A stretch of 60,632 nucleotides of DNA from Candidatus Rifleibacteriota bacterium. Lineage in GTDB: Bacteria; Muiribacteriota; Ozemobacteria; Ozemobacterales; Ozemobacteraceae. The position numbers and the translations under genes were made by a program. Of the stretch, positions 45,225-54,497 are shown one piece after another. Under the pieces are notes generated by a model that had not been told where the DNA came from, ran no database searches, and saw nothing but the letters and a program-made list of their open reading frames with translations. The stretch covers positions 1-60,632 of the forward strand of contig JBNJGH010000001.1 in NCBI GenBank assembly GCA_051747585.1. The letters are read 5' to 3'. How positions within the stretch are numbered: position 1 is the stretch's first letter; the number at the start of each line of letters is the position of its first letter.

Positions 45225-46229
45225 TCACCCGGTATTTGGGGATTGGTATAGCCAGGTACCCAGTAAACGATCAGATAAATTTTCTGAATTTAGTTGATTT
45301 TTTAACTTGAAAACTGCATCGAAATTTAAAAAGTCTTCGGTATGATGCGGTTTAAGTCGGGCTTTGATCATTATTTCTTCGTATAACTTTGGACCGGGTT
45401 TCTCTTTGACTGATATATCTGCAGTAATATAAGCCATGCCGGCTGTGTCTATGAGAACTTCATGCTCTGTGCTGTTTACAGTCAATGATTGCGATTTTTC
45501 CTTTAAGCCGCGAGTTGAATAAGAAGTCGGGGGAAGGATTCTTAAGTTTTCGAACTTTTGTTCATCAGGTCTTCCCTCCGGTCGGAATATCATTTCGCAG
45601 CGATGAAAAGGAACTACAACCGTATCTGAAGAGAAGGTTATAAAATAAACCTTCATGCTGAGGTTCCATTGGTATTCGGCTTGTTGACTTAAACCCGAAA
45701 TCGCCTTTTGTAGTTCTATTTTGCCGTCTAGTATTTCGATAACAGGATTTTTTTGAATAGGATAAAGAAGTTTTATCAAATCGGATCTACGGGCAGATCG
45801 GGTAGAGTTCGCTTCTCGCCATGGTACTTCATGAGATACCAATCCCTGGCAATCAGGAATTCGAATTACAAAGGGTGCTCGTTCTGTTTCAAACAGCAGC
45901 GCTACTACAGTTTTGCCGTCGTATGGAATTGCCAGGCTGATGAGGTTAGGTACCAGAAGCTGATCAAATCTGGATCTTACCTTTGCAAACCAGATCGAAA
46001 GCTCTTCAAAATCTGCCCCCGTTACTCCGGTTTTTTCATCAATACCAATTAGCCACAGTATTGGCTCGCCGCGAGCTGAGTTAGCATGAGCTGCTATTCT
46101 TCGGGCTGCCCTGAAATGATCTTTTGGCCATTCCGCTTTCAGTTCAACCGTATCATCTTCAATTGGCTGCCCCTTATCAAGTCGCTCAATAATATCGAGA
46201 ACCTTAAATTCAATATCCTGCTTTTTCAT
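45225..46229 (-). CDS. AlbA_2/Schlafen-like domain protein
   Basis: N-terminal 'EDDTVELKAEW...IAAHANSARGE...LIGIDE' resembles the AlbA_2 pattern. C-terminal domain unknown. Confidence 0.7.
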   Translation of the reverse strand: MKKQDIEFKVLDIIERLDKGQPIEDDTVELKAEWPKDHFRAARRIAAHANSARGEPILWLIGIDEKTGVTGADFEELSIWFAKVRSRFDQLLVPNLISLAIPYDGKTVVALLFETERAPFVIRIPDCQGLVSHEVPWREANSTRSARRSDLIKLLYPIQKNPVIEILDGKIELQKAISGLSQQAEYQWNLSMKVYFITFSSDTVVVPFHRCEMIFRPEGRPDEQKFENLRILPPTSYSTRGLKEKSQSLTVNSTEHEVLIDTAGMAYITADISVKEKPGPKLYEEIMIKARLKPHHTEDFLNFDAVFKLKNQLNSENLSDRLLGTWLYQSPNTG

Positions 46230-46299
46230 AAGATACTCTTTCCAATAATTTACTTAATTATCGACAAAAAAACGATTTCAGGCAAACCAGAATTAGAGA

Positions 46300-47022
46300 T
46301 CAATTCATTTGTCTGGTTTTTAGATAACCTGTCAGGCGACGGTATGCAGAGTTAATCCGGGCAAAATCATTGTTATAGTCTGGATTGAGGTCCGGGTGAT
46401 ATCTTTTTGCCAGATTTTTAAAGTGCTTTTTGATTAATTTAAGATCCGAAGTTTGCGGCAATTCAAGAATTTTGTAGCATTCAACAAGATCCTGGTAGTT
46501 CATTAATAAGTTCCAGGCTCCTGCAATAAAGGCTTCGGCATTTTGGGGGCTGACGGCGTGAAAATTTTCCGGATCGAGATAGAAATAGCTTTCGGAAAGC
46601 TTGTCTAACGAACTGTCATCTGACTTCTTTAAATGAAAAGCACAGAGTCTGGTTTTGTTACAAACGGTTTCCTGCTCGCAAAAACTGGCGCTGTCACTAT
46701 AATAATGACAACATTTATTCCCTTGCGGAAAATCAATTATAAAAAGATTCATAAAATGAATATGAAGATAGGTTGCTTTTTGTAGTAACTTTTGCTGAAG
46801 TTTATATAAATGGTTAAAAAGAACAAAGTGCCAACGATACATTTCGATAGCGCTGCCATTTACCAGGTTTAGCTCAGGAAAAAGACTATGAAGCAATTCG
46901 CTTTCCCAGATTGGTTGGTTTTGAGTCCGGAGAAAATTTTCTAATTCTTCCGGGTTTATTTCCTCATAATATTTTTGAAACTCATCTGTTTTATTCATAA
47001 TGTTCAATTTACTGTCGGGCAT
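46300..47022 (-). CDS. DnaJ-related protein with C-terminal J domain
   Basis: C-terminal 'YKILEL...IKKHFKNLAKRYHPDLN...FARINSAY'. N-terminal 'HFVLFNHLYKLQ' is DNAJ-related-like, with a Cys/His cluster. The start may be 46998. Confidence 0.82.
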   Translation of the reverse strand: MPDSKLNIMNKTDEFQKYYEEINPEELENFLRTQNQPIWESELLHSLFPELNLVNGSAIEMYRWHFVLFNHLYKLQQKLLQKATYLHIHFMNLFIIDFPQGNKCCHYYSDSASFCEQETVCNKTRLCAFHLKKSDDSSLDKLSESYFYLDPENFHAVSPQNAEAFIAGAWNLLMNYQDLVECYKILELPQTSDLKLIKKHFKNLAKRYHPDLNPDYNNDFARINSAYRRLTGYLKTRQMN

Positions 47023-47747
47023 GGATTAATTTTGAATGGATTGGTTCTTACTACAAACGAAAAAATATATGGGTATTCTTTTTGTATGTGCAATACGTAT
47101 CTGAACCATTCTTTGACCAGGTTGCAATAACATCTTTCCAGATCGTTCAGAACATGTTCCAGATCTTTGTCAGGAATTTCTCTTATATCCATTCTTGAAA
47201 TAAGTTCTTCGGTAAGATGCAATACCGATCTCAATAATTCGGAAAATTCTTCGTGCTCTAGAATCACCGGGTTTTCAACCAGACGAAGCTGGAAATCTTT
47301 AGCTTGCATAAGGAAGTTTCTAATATCGAGCAATGTCTCGCGGTCTGCGTTTACATGTGCATCAAAATTTTTAACAGATTTGAACTTTTTCTTTAATTCT
47401 TGCAGCGATATATTCTTGTCAAAGATGAGTTTGTCGCGGTAGTTCGAAATTTCGGGATCATTTTCTACACAGGTTCGCAGAAGATAGTTGCCAACCTGAG
47501 TGAAAAAAGCGCCAATTACCATATTTAATTTTTCAAGTCTACGACGTGCTGCATCTACCTCAATCATACGGTGAACAATAAGAGATACCAGCAGGACTTC
47601 AAGGAAAACAAAGGCAATATCTTCCAGAAGAAAAATTGCAAGATGGTGAGCATCTTTAAAAATAAGGTAATGGACAGAATATGTTGCTATAGACAACAGG
47701 ACAAGAATAATGCCCCATTTGGCGTAAAATTTGGTTTGGTCATGCAT
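47004..47747 (-). CDS. Conserved hypothetical membrane protein (2 TM)
   Basis: Two N-terminal TM helices, plus 'EKLNMVIGAFFTQVG', 'LVENPVILEHEEF' and 'YPYIFSFVVRTNPF'. Confidence 0.7.
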   Translation of the reverse strand: MHDQTKFYAKWGIILVLLSIATYSVHYLIFKDAHHLAIFLLEDIAFVFLEVLLVSLIVHRMIEVDAARRRLEKLNMVIGAFFTQVGNYLLRTCVENDPEISNYRDKLIFDKNISLQELKKKFKSVKNFDAHVNADRETLLDIRNFLMQAKDFQLRLVENPVILEHEEFSELLRSVLHLTEELISRMDIREIPDKDLEHVLNDLERCYCNLVKEWFRYVLHIQKEYPYIFSFVVRTNPFKINPCPTVN

Positions 47748-47813
47748 TTAGCTTTAATTCTCCTGATTTCCGGTTCAGAAGAATTGTACTAAATTTACAA
47801 AAAAAACGAAACC

Positions 47814-48365
47814 TTAGCTTTCGTTTACTATTTTTTCGAGTTCTTTGTCGAGACCCGCCATTGGGTGACCATTCCAGACAATTTTGCCGTTTTTGACTAT
47901 AAAGGCGGCAGGGATGCCGGAAACTTTATAATCTTGTCCTGAATTGCTGCCTGCGCCGATTATCCATGGCATTTCAACTTTTTCCATGAAGCTTTCTATT
48001 GTGGAGGCAGGTTCGTTGGATAACGAGACAATAATTACATTTTTGTCTTTATAGGTTTCTGAGAGTTCTTTGAGGTGAGGAATGCTTGTGCGGCAGGGTG
48101 GGCACCAGGTAGCCCAGAATTCAACCACCACTATTTTGTCACTGTTATCGGCCAGCGAGAAACTGTCAGTATTGAACCACTTCTTGGCTGAGATTTCCGG
48201 GGCCGATTTAGCGCTGCTTTTTACGCTGGCTTGTGCGCCATCCTGGTTCGTGGTCTGGCTAGAGCTCTGGTTTGTATCTTTTTCGCTGTTTTGAGTGCAA
48301 CCCTGAATGAAAAGTCCCAGGGTAATGATGAATAAAGTAAGATAAATTTTTTTGTTTTTGAACAC
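47814..48365 (-). CDS. TlpA/ResA-like thiol-disulfide oxidoreductase lipoprotein
   Basis: Lipobox IQG|C, EFWATWCPPC and GIP cis-Pro motif. GTG start with AGGAG RBS. Confidence 0.9.
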   Translation of the reverse strand: MFKNKKIYLTLFIITLGLFIQGCTQNSEKDTNQSSSQTTNQDGAQASVKSSAKSAPEISAKKWFNTDSFSLADNSDKIVVVEFWATWCPPCRTSIPHLKELSETYKDKNVIIVSLSNEPASTIESFMEKVEMPWIIGAGSNSGQDYKVSGIPAAFIVKNGKIVWNGHPMAGLDKELEKIVNES

Positions 48366-48453
48366 TGGATTATGTCTCCTGTATTTAATTTTTTCTAATT
48401 CTCTATACTAATACATTATTAATAATGTTTACAAATGCAACAGCAAAGTTTTG

Positions 48454-50520
48454 TCAGGGAATGGAGACGGTGTTGCGGCCATTTTCTTTTGATTTGTAAA
48501 GAGCGGTGTCGGCGCAACTTATAAGTAGCTCACGATTTTGGGCGTGTTTGGGAAATTCGGCACACCCCAGGCTGATAGTAACTTTAAGTTTTTGATTTTC
48601 ATGCTCGATAAATTTTTCTTTTATGGATTTTCTCAATCGCTCAGCGAAAGTAGAGGCTCCGTTAATGTCTGTTTCAGGCATTATAATGGCAAATTCTTCG
48701 CCACCATAACGAGCTGCTATGTCAATACCTTCGCGAACATTATGTTTCACTGTTGCTGCCACTTGTTTTAAAACCAGATCACCGACCTGATGCCCATGGG
48801 TGTCGTTGAAATTTTTAAAGTGATCTATATCAAACATTATCAGGCTTAAACTTTCGTCACCTCTCATGGCTCGGGCTATCTCAGACTCAAGTCTCATTTG
48901 GAAATAACGGTGAATAAATAAACCTGTCAGCCCGTCAGTAATAGCCATTTCGTAAAGTCTGGCCTTTTGTAGAGCTATTGAAATTTGCTCTGCTATTGCC
49001 TCTAAGAGTTGGGCATCTTCTTGGGTAAAATCTTCTTCACGGTCTGAAACATTAAGTATGCCAATGACTTTGCCTTCATCGGTTAAAGGAACAGAAATGA
49101 GATTTTTTATACCATGGCTGTCTGAGATGTTTTTGAATCTGCTGTCGTTTTGCGGATCGTTTGAGAATACGGGGCATTTGTGGCGAGCAGCATAGCCCGC
49201 AAAACCTTCGCCAATATCAAAGCAAATCGAGCCGGGCTGGTTGGCTAAATCAGATGCCGATTTGTCTGTTTGATTACGCATGTAGGCAACTTTTAATTTA
49301 AATTTTTGAGTTGCTTCTTCAAGAATCAGCATGGAGCTTCGCTCTGAGCCTATAGTGTCGACCACGATGTGGAGCAGTTCTTCAAGAACTGAGTTCTCGC
49401 TTTTGTTTATTATTGCCTGATTGATAAGGTTTCGCACCGAAAGGTCGAAAACCTTGCGGTCAAGTGACTTTCTTGCATTGTCTATTTCTTCAATTTTTGT
49501 CCGAATTTGTTTAAACATTAAATTGAAGGAATTGCCAAGAAATTTTAATTCAGGAATATTGGTCTCGAAATCTTGTTTTTCTGCGAGCCGGCCTTCTCCG
49601 AAATTTCTTGCAGCTTTGACCAGCTTTTGCAGCGGTGTAATTATAATTTGAGAAAGAATTAGAGCTGTAAAAAATGCAAAAATTATTGCAATGGCACCTG
49701 TTTTAAAAAATATGTCCTTTAAAGATTTAAGGATCAGAATAAGGTGTTTTTTTGACAGGGCTACACCAAGATAAAAGTTGCCATTATCTGCCTTGAACTT
49801 GTTCGTTCTTACAACAAATTGCTGTCGTTGGGTAGTTACCTCTGATATTTTCTGGTCGAGATTAGAAAGAGTCGGAAAAGAGCGGCGGTTATTCTGTGAA
49901 GGGGTAACTGCAACTGCAAAATTACTGTTTTCCACTTCTGCAGAAATAATTATTTCGGCGTTTACCAGTTTTTTAAGGTGATCTACAAAAGTTTCGTCGA
50001 TGATGAAATATAAAACCAGGGCAGCGGCGGGGCCGGCTTGATTTTCGACATATATGGGTATTCCTGCCATTGCAACAAGTTGATTGTTTTTAAAAAATCT
50101 TATATCGCTATGATTTCCTTTAATAATTTCTCTTATGAAGTCATTGGTTGCATAAAAAAATGGTTTGCGTGGCTCAGCTGTTAAAAGTTTTCCCTCTGGT
50201 TCATAAATTTCGAGGCCACTGGTAAAGTTGTTGAGGCCCAGATCGATTCTTAACTGGCTTAAAAGATCTATCAGCTCAATCAAATCTTTTGTCGCAACTG
50301 CTTTTCTTACATTTCTTTGTTGAGAAATAATACCTGCCTTGAGCTTGATTTCGTTAAACTGCTGTTCGAGCAGGTTCTGGGCAATATTATAACGGTTTTC
50401 TACCCGATCACGCATCATGGCTTCGATTTTTGACCTGGTGAAATCAGAAGCAAAAGTAAATGCAATAATCATGGGCAGGCATACAGTTAAAATAAATAAA
50501 ATTATAAGAATTTTTCTCAT
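48454..50520 (-). CDS. Membrane diguanylate cyclase (TM-sensor-TM-HAMP-GAF-GGDEF)
   Basis: TDGLTGL, DIDHFKNFNDTHGHQVGD, ARYGGEEF and ADTALYKSKENGRN, plus GAF 'LISVPL..IGILNV'. Start placed at 50520, overlapping the upstream stop; the ORF track gives 50541. Confidence 0.92.
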   Translation of the reverse strand: MRKILIILFILTVCLPMIIAFTFASDFTRSKIEAMMRDRVENRYNIAQNLLEQQFNEIKLKAGIISQQRNVRKAVATKDLIELIDLLSQLRIDLGLNNFTSGLEIYEPEGKLLTAEPRKPFFYATNDFIREIIKGNHSDIRFFKNNQLVAMAGIPIYVENQAGPAAALVLYFIIDETFVDHLKKLVNAEIIISAEVENSNFAVAVTPSQNNRRSFPTLSNLDQKISEVTTQRQQFVVRTNKFKADNGNFYLGVALSKKHLILILKSLKDIFFKTGAIAIIFAFFTALILSQIIITPLQKLVKAARNFGEGRLAEKQDFETNIPELKFLGNSFNLMFKQIRTKIEEIDNARKSLDRKVFDLSVRNLINQAIINKSENSVLEELLHIVVDTIGSERSSMLILEEATQKFKLKVAYMRNQTDKSASDLANQPGSICFDIGEGFAGYAARHKCPVFSNDPQNDSRFKNISDSHGIKNLISVPLTDEGKVIGILNVSDREEDFTQEDAQLLEAIAEQISIALQKARLYEMAITDGLTGLFIHRYFQMRLESEIARAMRGDESLSLIMFDIDHFKNFNDTHGHQVGDLVLKQVAATVKHNVREGIDIAARYGGEEFAIIMPETDINGASTFAERLRKSIKEKFIEHENQKLKVTISLGCAEFPKHAQNRELLISCADTALYKSKENGRNTVSIP

Positions 50521-51731
50521 TCTTTTTCTTCCATGGTGCAAGAGTCTATAATACGCTTTTGTGCTTCTTTCAAAAGCTCGATCGAATTTGAGTGCCTGAT
50601 AAATTTAAGCCTTAGAACACGATTCATTTCTGACCATACATATTTCATTTCGGGGTTAGTTGGCATTGGTATGCCGTGCTCAGCCTGCTGTATAAAGCCT
50701 TTTATCCACTCGGAGTCGAAATTTTGCTTTTTAACAGTCGAAATGCAGGGAATGAAAATTGAATTATTTACTGCTTTTAAGATGTTTTTTTCGCTGGTAA
50801 GAAATTTAAGAAAATTTTCGGCGTTAACTTTTTCATTACAAAATCTGGTAATTCCAAGTCCTTTTATGCCAACAAAGGGTTTTGCAGGCTTTTCAGGTGT
50901 TTGCCCGGGTATTGGACATACCTTGTATGAAACTTTATTTAATTCAAGATCCGGAATAATCCAGGGGCCATTTATGGTCATGGCAGCTTTCCCGGCACAG
51001 AAGAGGTTTATTGCTGCGGGCTGATTAGATTTTTTTGCAAGCAGTTTGTACTTTTGTTCCAGTGCCAGAGCGAAATCAATAGAGTCGGCGGCTTCTGCTG
51101 AAGCAATACTTAAGTCGCCGTTATTAAATATTCTAGCTCCAAAAGAATGAAACCAGGGAGCATGAAAATAAAAATTTTTATTATCATATAATAATGGGTA
51201 AATATTGTTCTCGTTTGGTAGCTTTAACTCTGTTAATGCCTTAATATCAGCGGGTGGAGTAGCCAGCATTTTTGAGTTATAAATCAGGGCTATGGTTTCG
51301 AGGCTATATGGGATGCCATAAGTTTTGTCTTTATATTTCATCGCCTTTGCGGCTACAGGGAGAAAATTTGCGGGAGTTTCAGATAGTTCTTTCAAAATTT
51401 TCTTTTCTGCAAGTTCGCCAAGCCAGTCTGATGCAAACATTATGATGTCAGGTCTATTAGACTGGCTTTCTGCTGCGCCAAGAATAGATGGTTTCAAGTT
51501 GTTGAAATTAAATGGTTGCAATTCCAGTCGAACACCTGGAAAAGACTGGCTAAATGAGTCTATGGTACGCTGAAAAAAATCAATTTCTTTTGAGCTTCCG
51601 CTGAACCATATCAATAACTGTTTTTCATCTTTTTTACTCTTTTCGGATTTTTCACAGGCGGTTGCAAATAAAAGCAAAAAAGTCATCAGGCAGAACAAGC
51701 TGAAAAACAATTTTTTGTTCCGGCATTTCAT
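50517..51731 (-). CDS. Extracellular solute-binding lipoprotein, maltose/maltodextrin-binding (SBP_bac_8-like) family
   Basis: Lipobox ATA|C, plus PDIIMFASDWLGEL, YGIPYSLETIALIYN, AMTINGPW and PMPTNPEMKYVW (MalE-like). Confidence 0.85.
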   Translation of the reverse strand: MKCRNKKLFFSLFCLMTFLLLFATACEKSEKSKKDEKQLLIWFSGSSKEIDFFQRTIDSFSQSFPGVRLELQPFNFNNLKPSILGAAESQSNRPDIIMFASDWLGELAEKKILKELSETPANFLPVAAKAMKYKDKTYGIPYSLETIALIYNSKMLATPPADIKALTELKLPNENNIYPLLYDNKNFYFHAPWFHSFGARIFNNGDLSIASAEAADSIDFALALEQKYKLLAKKSNQPAAINLFCAGKAAMTINGPWIIPDLELNKVSYKVCPIPGQTPEKPAKPFVGIKGLGITRFCNEKVNAENFLKFLTSEKNILKAVNNSIFIPCISTVKKQNFDSEWIKGFIQQAEHGIPMPTNPEMKYVWSEMNRVLRLKFIRHSNSIELLKEAQKRIIDSCTMEEKE

Positions 51732-52528
51732 TTGATGTCTTCGACCAGCTCCCTGTACAGTTCAGGCCTTCGATCATCGAGTAGGTGGTTGCGAGGAGTC
51801 ATCTGCTTATCACGCGCCCGGGCAAGCTCAAAATCAAATACCTTCGTTTCTTCGCTTGCGGCATGAGCTTGATAGATAACTTCTCCTTTGGGGCTGGATA
51901 TGGTTGACATGCCGGTAAAGGTTAAATCTTCTTCTGTACCGGTGCGGTTTGCAGTAATTACGAAATAGTGATTGATTAAGGCGTGAGTAGGCACAGACTT
52001 CTGGGCAAAGCCGGGCAGAACCAGATTAGAGCAGTGGCAGATAACCTCTGCGCCTTTGAGAGCAGCAATACGCCATACTTCAGGAAATATCCAGTCAAAG
52101 CATACTAACAGGCCTATTTTTCCTATTGGAGTCTCAAACACAGGAACCCCAGTATTGCCAGGTTCAAAGAAATCTTTTTCGTTCATAAAGAGATGTATTT
52201 TTCGATATCTGCCCACAAGCCCGTCGGGGCCAACCAGAACTGCAGTATTAAAGAGTTTGTTATTTTCTTTTTCATTCATTCCCGCAGCAATGAAAGAGTT
52301 GTTCGCTTTACAATGCTGGTGAAGAAAGTCAATAAAGGGGCTTTTATTAATTTCTTCTCCAGAATCTATCGCCTGCTGTTTGTTTTTAAAATTATAACCG
52401 GAATTAGAAAGTTCGGGTAAAACAAGCAGGTCATTTTTGGGAGCATTTTTCAGCAATGAGTCCAGCTTGGCCAGGTTCTTTTCGGGTTGGCAGAAAACGG
52501 GAGTATATTGAACAAAGCCTGCTTTCAT
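51728..52528 (-). CDS. Carbon-nitrogen hydrolase (nitrilase superfamily)
   Basis: Glu-Lys-Cys triad motifs VLPEL, YRKIHLF and VCFDWIFPE. C-terminal DRRPELY. Confidence 0.9.
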   Translation of the reverse strand: MKAGFVQYTPVFCQPEKNLAKLDSLLKNAPKNDLLVLPELSNSGYNFKNKQQAIDSGEEINKSPFIDFLHQHCKANNSFIAAGMNEKENNKLFNTAVLVGPDGLVGRYRKIHLFMNEKDFFEPGNTGVPVFETPIGKIGLLVCFDWIFPEVWRIAALKGAEVICHCSNLVLPGFAQKSVPTHALINHYFVITANRTGTEEDLTFTGMSTISSPKGEVIYQAHAASEETKVFDFELARARDKQMTPRNHLLDDRRPELYRELVEDIK

Positions 52529-52662
52529 AATCTTTCTCCTTATTGTTTTTTCTATTATTCTAATAAATTTTATGAGCCAATGCCATTTTTCAGTAGCAAT
52601 TCTCGGTCAGCGAATATCAAATCGTTTCAGAAAAACTAAGCTTCCAAGCCATAAAGAATATT

Positions 52663-52872
52663 ACCACAGAGCTCCCAGAGTTACACAGAGGAATCTTTAT
52701 CAGCCATTGTTCTCAGCCTTACCATCATTCAGAAAAACATTAATGTTTTTCTGAATGATGGTAAGGCTGAGAAAGCCGGGCGGTAAAACCGCCGGCTGAT
52801 TGTCCATTCTGGACAATCCACGGCTGAAAAAGATTAAAAAATTGTCTCGGTGCACTCTGTGATCTCAGTGGT
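52663..52872. repeat. Nested palindromic element containing a perfect 64-bp palindrome
   Basis: Outer imperfect arms ACCACAGAG...ACACAGAG / CTCGGTGCACTCTGTGATCTCAGTGGT. Second stem AATCTTTATCAGCC / GGCTGAAAAAGATT. Inside are three hairpins at 52710-52773 (perfect), 52774-52797 and 52798-52818. Confidence 0.88.
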
Positions 52873-52956
52873 GAAAATTTGATATTTGACAGAAAGAAAT
52901 AAAAGCAAAACTTTTGAAAATCAGCTAATAACAGTTCACTGAGAAATGTTATTTTT

Positions 52957-53760
52957 TCAGTCTTTTATTATAAAAGAATCTTTTATAATCAGTCGATCTC
53001 GGTGGTCGAACATTTTGCGGCGCATGAGCCAGAGACTAAGCATTACGCCGAATCCGGTGCCCGAAGAAATCATGAACATAATAAGAATTTGATAATTAAC
53101 CGCATCCTGAACATCGTTACCTGCAAGAATCTGACCGGTCATCATTCCGGGGAGACTTACAAGGCCTGCGGCAGCCATCGAATTTATTATCGGGATAAGG
53201 CCGGTTTTTATACTTTCCTGCCAGATTTCTTTAACAGCTTCATTTGCGTTCATGCCGAGCGCAAGTTTTTGTTCGATTACTTTTCTTTTGTCCCAGACCT
53301 GGTTGGAAAAAGTATTCATGCCAAGGGCTATTCCATTCATGGTGTTGCCCAAAAGCATTCCCAGAACAGGAATTGCATATTGTGGCGTGTACCAGGGGTC
53401 GACTTTAATTACCAGATGCAAAATCAGCAGCATAATAGAGAATGAAGAAATCATCATCGAGCTTGCGCCGATAAAAAAGCCTGCCGGACCTTTGGCTTTG
53501 ACTTTCTGGCGTGCCATTACTTCCCGTCCGGCGGCAAAGAGCATTAAAAACGCAATCATCATGATTAAATAAAAACTGGTTGAAGCGAAAACAAGTTTTA
53601 AAACCAGTCCGACAAGCGAAAGCTGAATAACAGTTCTCAAGCCAGCTATAAGCAGGGGCTTTTCAATTTCCAGCCGATTTCTGTAGCTGATAAAAGCCAG
53701 AAGAACAACTAATAGGCTGGCTATCGCAAGGTGGGTTGGGGTGAGGTGAACTATATTCAT
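52957..53760 (-). CDS. fetB: ABC transporter permease, FetB/YbbM (UPF0014) family
   Basis: RTVIQLSLVG, PQYAIPVLGMLLGNTMN, GLVSLPGMMTGQILAG and AVNYQI. Confidence 0.88.
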   Translation of the reverse strand: MNIVHLTPTHLAIASLLVVLLAFISYRNRLEIEKPLLIAGLRTVIQLSLVGLVLKLVFASTSFYLIMMIAFLMLFAAGREVMARQKVKAKGPAGFFIGASSMMISSFSIMLLILHLVIKVDPWYTPQYAIPVLGMLLGNTMNGIALGMNTFSNQVWDKRKVIEQKLALGMNANEAVKEIWQESIKTGLIPIINSMAAAGLVSLPGMMTGQILAGNDVQDAVNYQILIMFMISSGTGFGVMLSLWLMRRKMFDHRDRLIIKDSFIIKD

Positions 53761-54359
53761 AGGATTTGCCTTATTTTTCCTCCGGCAAGGATTTCGAAGT
53801 GAGAGCTGGCTATCCTTTCAATTTGTTGCGGGTCATGGCTGATCCAGATTGCTGCTGCCTTTGAATCTTCTAAATAAGAGGAAATAGCTTTTTCTATTCT
53901 TTTTACGTTGTCTTGATCAAGACTCGCGGTAGGTTCATCAAGTAACAATAAAGAAGGTTGATGTAACAGCATACGAATAATGGCCAGCCGTTGTTTTTCG
54001 CCAGATGAAAGACGGTTGATCGACCAGTTTAAAACATCAGTTTCAAAGCCATATTGATTAAGCAAGGCTTCATCGGGAGTTTTTAGCAGATGCTCTATTA
54101 CTGTTTCTTTCCACCACTGGCTTTCAGAGGGGAGATACATAACCTGACGCCGCCATTCAGGGCCGGAAAATTCCTGATAATTTTTGCCATCCAGAATTAC
54201 TTCGCCGTTGTGTCGCTCAAGGTCTGCTACCGCTCTTAGAAATATTGATTTGCCGACACCTGAGCTACCACTAACAGCGGCAATCTCGCCGGATTTTACC
54301 TTGATATCGTAGGGTCCAAGCTCAAGAACCTGTAGATTTTTAACAATAAGTTCATTCAT
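53757..54359 (-). CDS. fetA: ABC transporter ATP-binding protein, FetA/YbbL-like
   Basis: GSSGVGKS, LSSGEKQR, LLLLDEPT and ISHD. Coupled to fetB. Confidence 0.85.
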   Translation of the reverse strand: MNELIVKNLQVLELGPYDIKVKSGEIAAVSGSSGVGKSIFLRAVADLERHNGEVILDGKNYQEFSGPEWRRQVMYLPSESQWWKETVIEHLLKTPDEALLNQYGFETDVLNWSINRLSSGEKQRLAIIRMLLHQPSLLLLDEPTASLDQDNVKRIEKAISSYLEDSKAAAIWISHDPQQIERIASSHFEILAGGKIRQIL

Positions 54360-54439
54360 AAAATAAATTTCTAATAGCTGTAGTTAGAAGTATTTGCGCC
54401 AATTTTAGCACAGCTTCAAGTTTATATCTCCAATATAAT

Positions 54440-54466
54440 TCAAAAATTGTTAAAAGGTGCCGATTA
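54440..54466 (+). promoter_or_regulatory. Putative sigma28-type promoter
   Basis: TCAA-N15-GCCGATTA about 30 nt before the ATG at 54498. Confidence 0.55.
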
Positions 54467-54497
54467 ATGAGAAGAAATACCAGACTATGGAGAAATA

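Noticed and set aside
52572..52754. 60-aa ORF in the palindromic intergenic region
   Set aside because: It runs through the repeat arms and has no coding support.
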